Shown one piece after another: positions 58,821 through 64,000 of a DNA stretch of 64,000 nucleotides. A program made the translations under genes and the position numbers. Where the stretch lies: the NCBI GenBank assembly GCA_951406725.2, contig OX597815.1, positions 31,558,001 through 31,622,000 on the forward strand. The letters are read 5' to 3'. Below the pieces are notes generated by a model, which made no database searches, was not told the origin of the DNA, and saw only the letters and a program-made list of their open reading frames with translations. Numbering within the stretch: the stretch's first letter is position 1; each line of letters begins with the position of its first letter. This DNA comes from Octopus vulgaris. Lineage: Eukaryota.

Positions 58821-58936
58821 GTATATATATATATAACCGTATATATACATTTATATATGTATATATATAACCGTATATATACATTTATATATGTATATAC
58901 ATTTATATATGTATATATATCTATATATATATAACC

Positions 58937-58969
<33 letters not shown>

Positions 58970-59099
58970 GTATATATATATATAACCGTATATATATATA
59001 TATATATATAACCGTATATATATATATATATATATATATACCGTATATATATATATATATATATATAACCGTATATATATATATATATATATATAACCG

Positions 59100-59131
<32 letters not shown>

Positions 59132-59137
59132 ACCGTC

Positions 59138-59180
<43 letters not shown>
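58745..59180. repeat. (TA)n array punctuated by about 11 ACCG units
   Basis: Recurrent TATA(A)CCGTATA with variable TA spacer. Confidence 0.92.
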
Positions 59181-59186
<6 letters not shown>

Positions 59187-59939
59187 CCATTCGGTCTGGC
59201 TGTTTTTAGTTATTTTCAACTATTCTGTCAGTAATGGCTTTGTAACCAAGAAATTACTCTCAAGACGTTAAGATAAACGTTGACGTTTCTAAATTGGGTT
59301 TCGGCCACGAGATAAGGGTAACTGAAAAACCTCTGTTAAATATTTCATTCTGGGTGTCAACTTCAGGTTAAAAAGATATGATGCCGGAGTCACTGTCTCG
59401 GTGAAATGTCTTTGTAGAAGCAACCTTTCAACTGTATTCTTTTACATTAAAATAAGATAATTGAAGAGAATAGAATGTCTGTTGCTAGAATAAAATAGAA
59501 TATTACTTTTACCGCTAACCAATCTAACACCTTATCAATAAATCCTTCTGGCGTTACATGTTTCTCGAGTACATCTCTTCAACTAAAAGCACTTCTTTCC
59601 ATGTCCACTACGGTGAAATGAGATACATCAGTCGCCTCACTGATAAACCTTCGACCGCTTAGATAAGCTTTAATAGCAGTAAGGGCCTGAACCAAAGACG
59701 GAGTATTATTTAAATTGGCTTTTCATATGCTGTGAGTGAATATTAGGTTTTAGTAGCAATGCATGAATTGTTCTAGACAGGAAGAGAAATAGAGAGGGGG
59801 AGGGAGGTAGTGAGAGAGGGAGAGCTAATTTGGTGGTTAAAATTGAAAGAGTAATTTGATTAATTTGTTTTTATGTGGCTTTTGATGTTTGAAAAGAATC
59901 TTTTTATTTAAACAATAAAATGGCAAGCATGTCTCTCAG

Positions 59940-60095
59940 ATATGGCTGTGAGTTTTAAGGAATTTGCTCTGCAACCAAGTGGTTCCGAGGACGATCCCAT
60001 AGTACGGCACCTTAGAAAAGTCTCTTCTACGGTAACTTCAGATTAGCCTGTGAGCGGAATTCGGTAAATAGAAACTGAACGAAGCCTGTCGTGTG
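59940..60095 (+). mobile_element. Diverged family B SINE head
   Basis: TATGGCTGTG...GGCACCTTAG...GAAACTGAACGAAGCCTGTCG. Confidence 0.7.
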
Positions 60096-60114
60096 TATCT
60101 TTAGGGAAAGCTAT

Positions 60115-60477
60115 GGAATGGAATGGAAGCACTCCGTCGGTTACGACGATGAGGGTTCCGGTTGATCCGAATCAACGGAGCAGCCTGCTCGTGAAATTAA
60201 CGTGTAAGTGGCTGAGCACTCCACAGACACGTGTACCCTTAACGTAGTTCTCGGGGATATTCAGCGTGACACAGAGAGTGACAAGGCGGGCCCTTTGAAA
60301 TACAGGTACAACAGAAACAGGAAGTAAGAGTGAGAGAAAGTTGTGGTGAAAGAGTACAGCAGGGATCACCACCATCCCCTGCCGGAGCCTCGTGGAGCTT
60401 TAGGTGTTTTCGCTCAATAAACACTCACAACGCCCGGTCTGGGAATCGAAACCGCGATCCTACAATCGCGAGTCCGC
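60115..60477 (-). mobile_element. Family C head plus tail 3 SINE, 5'-truncated, with 13-bp TSD
   Basis: TAGGGAAAGCTAT at 60102-60114 and 60478-60490; (TTCCA)n tail; A box missing. Confidence 0.93.
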
Positions 60478-60684
60478 TAGGGAAAGCTATAGACATAAGC
60501 AAGAAACTAAAAATGCCGGTGTTCACAACTGATGCTCTTCGTGATATTGGTTTTCTTCGACTTTGATTCGTCTTTCTTTCTCTCGTCGTCAAAAACGCAG
60601 CGAACCAACAGATGATTAGAAACCCGTAACCAACGACGCTCATCACAAATTTAAATAAATTGAATTAATATAGAATCTTTTAAA

Positions 60685-60731
60685 GCGGCGAGCTGGCAGA
60701 ATCATTAGCACACCGGGCAAAATGCTTAGCA
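60685..60731 (+). mobile_element. Family A SINE head only
   Basis: GCGGCGAGCTGGCAGAATCATTAGCACACCGGGCAAAATGCTTAGC runs directly into (TA)n. Confidence 0.8.
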
Positions 60732-61477
<746 letters not shown>

Positions 61478-61632
61478 CAAGGCGGTGCCCCAGCATGGCG
61501 GCAGTGTCAAATGACTGAACAAATAAAAGATAATAAGCTAGAAATAGTTGTTTCGAAGGTGTTATGCAGTGGGATTGAACCTGAAACCATGTAGTTGGGA
61601 AGCAAGCTTCTTACCATATTGCCATCCATGCT

Positions 61633-61675
<43 letters not shown>

Positions 61676-62085
61676 TTGGTTTTCCCAACTACGTGGTTTC
61701 AAGTCCAATCGCACTGCATAGCTCCTTGGACTATTGTGTTCTACTATAACCCCAAGACGAGCAATACGCTTTATTCCCCCTTTCGGTCGGGGGGAATGTT
61801 GACCTGCTCGCCTAGCCAACGGGGTGACGTCATTTGAAGGCTGAAACAATGCAAAGAACGCATTGTGACCAGCGATGTGTAGCAACATCTGATAGCCTGG
61901 TCGGTCACGTGATCATGTTATATATGTGTATGTGTGTATGTGTGTGTGTGTGTGTGTCTACCTCCACCGCTTCACAATCGGTGTTGATGTTTTTATTTAC
62001 TGAGATCGATTTGTTCGACTAAAACCTTTCAAAGCGGTGCCCCAGCATGGCCGCAAGCCAAATGACTGAAACAAGTAAAAGACAT
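61676..62085 (+). mobile_element. Family B SINE interrupted by a tail-2 module (61774-61920)
   Basis: Family B head and tail flank a segment homologous to 16070-16190. Confidence 0.8.
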
Positions 62086-62504
62086 ATATATATATATATA
62101 TATATCTTTGACTGGTACTTTATTTTGTAACAACACCCTCCCCAACTGAAAGGTTGAATAGCATAGACGATCGTGACAAACTATAAACAGCAAGGTATTT
62201 CGTCTACCAAGAACAAACAACAATCTAATAATAATAGCGACATCGTTTAGCAATTACAAATCATTATTATGCACGTTATATAATCATCTTTCTTGAAAAA
62301 AGATTTTAGAAGGAATTCTGCATGTGTTCTTCGTTACACTCCACAACTTTTTCCTTCAGTTTCTTTTGTCTTCAATCCAACCATTTCATGTTATGCTTAC
62401 CTTATAACATCCCTTTGCCAGATAACATTTCCAGAACATTAACATTTCCACTCCTTATGTATTCATTGAAACAATATAACACAGTGTAACGTCAGCAATA
62501 AACT

Positions 62505-62549
<45 letters not shown>

Positions 62550-63850
62550 TGTCTAGATTGTTTCGGCAGCAGATTCAATTCCACCACACACTTGCTTTAA
62601 ATGCAACTCACGTCGTATCATGGCTCACAGCATATCGAGCCAAAATATTTATAGTGTTAAATGCCAATCTTGTATTTCAGCCATCATACGCACATACTTT
62701 CTCTCTCTCACACACTTTCTCTCTCTCTTTCTCTCTCTCTCTCTTTCTTTCCCTCTATCTATCTATTTATTTATCTATCTATCTATCTATTTTTCCCTCT
62801 CTGTTGCTAACTTTCTGTTTTCTGTTGTGGATTGAAGTATCTCAGGTATATATATATATATATACTCTTGTTTGTAAATGGTTGAAAGAAGAAAAGAAAA
62901 TTAGATTAAGGCAACACGACTATAGAATATGTCAGACAGAAAATGTATGCAGATGAAGGGAAAATAGAAAATAAAACATGCAGATTTTTACATGGACACT
63001 GCATCAATTCAACAGTTTAGTTCTTTCAACCAATATTTTATTAAGATTTTTACCATTTTTTTTTTTCAAACTGATTCTTGTATTATTTTCTGAACCGATT
63101 CTTGTTCTTATTTTTCTACTCAAGATTTATTTGCTTACTGAAGCGTGGAGGAAGAATAACATGCAAAGGAGAGAAAGCGGGTGGTGGTGGGGGGGATATA
63201 TAAATAAAAAAAAAAAATTCCTGTAAGAACGATTACCCTAAGGTTAAGCGAAGCTTGTCGTGTCATCTCCGCAGATAACCGGAGCTGGCAAACTCATCAG
63301 TCCCCACTTACCCATTGGTTTTACAGCTATAAACACTGATCTGACACGGTTTCTGTCAAAGAGTGCGTGGCTGAAGTATTAGTGAAGCTGTTTAACCATG
63401 TCTTGGTGACAATTTTAAGTCTAGCGTGAAACAGTTGATGAGAGAAACGCGACGGTACCACAACGCGGTTTAACCTCTTTCGGACACCATCAATCCGTTT
63501 TTTAAACATAAAATGGTGTTTATTTTTCTTTGATTTCAGTACATTCTTTGATTGATATTCCAATGAGGATTACTTTAAAAAAAAAAAACTAATAAAATTA
63601 AAATAAGATAAAAGCAGTAGCGTAAACAAATTATATTTACTTAAATAAATAGCAATCTTTCTCCTCACTTCAAGCTTCTTCTGACCTAAACATTAAAGAT
63701 ATGACTGCTCTCGATATATCATCCAACGGGCGAGCTCTTCGCGACTGATCGAACGGCTAGAAATAGCAGCCTCGTTGTCTTTCAAATCAAAATCTGACAT
63801 CTTAAGTGGATATTGGATGACGTTGTACTTATGTACATGTATATACATAT

Positions 63851-63911
<61 letters not shown>

Positions 63912-63924
63912 CGTAGTGTGTATG

Positions 63925-64000
63925 TATGTGTCTGTCCCCTACCACTGCTTGGCAACTGGTGTTGGGGTGTTTACATCCTTGTAACTTAGCGGCTCGACAA
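63925..64000 (+). mobile_element. Family B SINE tail, truncated by the window end
   Basis: GTGTTTACATCCTTGTAACTTAGCGGCTCG. Confidence 0.75.

Noticed and set aside
58745-59180. CRISPR-like periodicity
   Set aside because: The spacers are only TA repeats, the constant part is 4-5 bp, there are no cas genes, and the context is eukaryotic

Overview
AT-rich, repeat-dense eukaryotic non-coding DNA (intergenic or intronic) with no supportable host protein-coding exon. Nearly all listed ORFs are translations of (TA)n/(CA)n/(TAGA)n/(TATG)n/(GAAA)n microsatellites. The SINE families and microsatellite load suggest an octopus (coleoid cephalopod) genome; this is inferred from recognition, not from a search. 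Contents: many tRNA-headed SINE copies from several modular families (labelled A-E here), three with clear TSDs; 3' fragments of a CR1/L2-type LINE and of an RTE-like LINE carrying two C2H2 fingers; Penelope-like fossils; several MITEs; and TA-flanked fold-back palindromes. Most notable is a structurally complete type I hammerhead ribozyme (minus strand, 22393-22439) inside a ~289-bp terminally redundant unit, which is a retrozyme/Penelope-pLTR-like architecture. A pair of minimal hammerheads also lies in a 335-bp palindrome, and several decayed hammerhead relics are scattered through the window. All alignments and folds were done by eye, and coordinates of decayed repeats are approximate.
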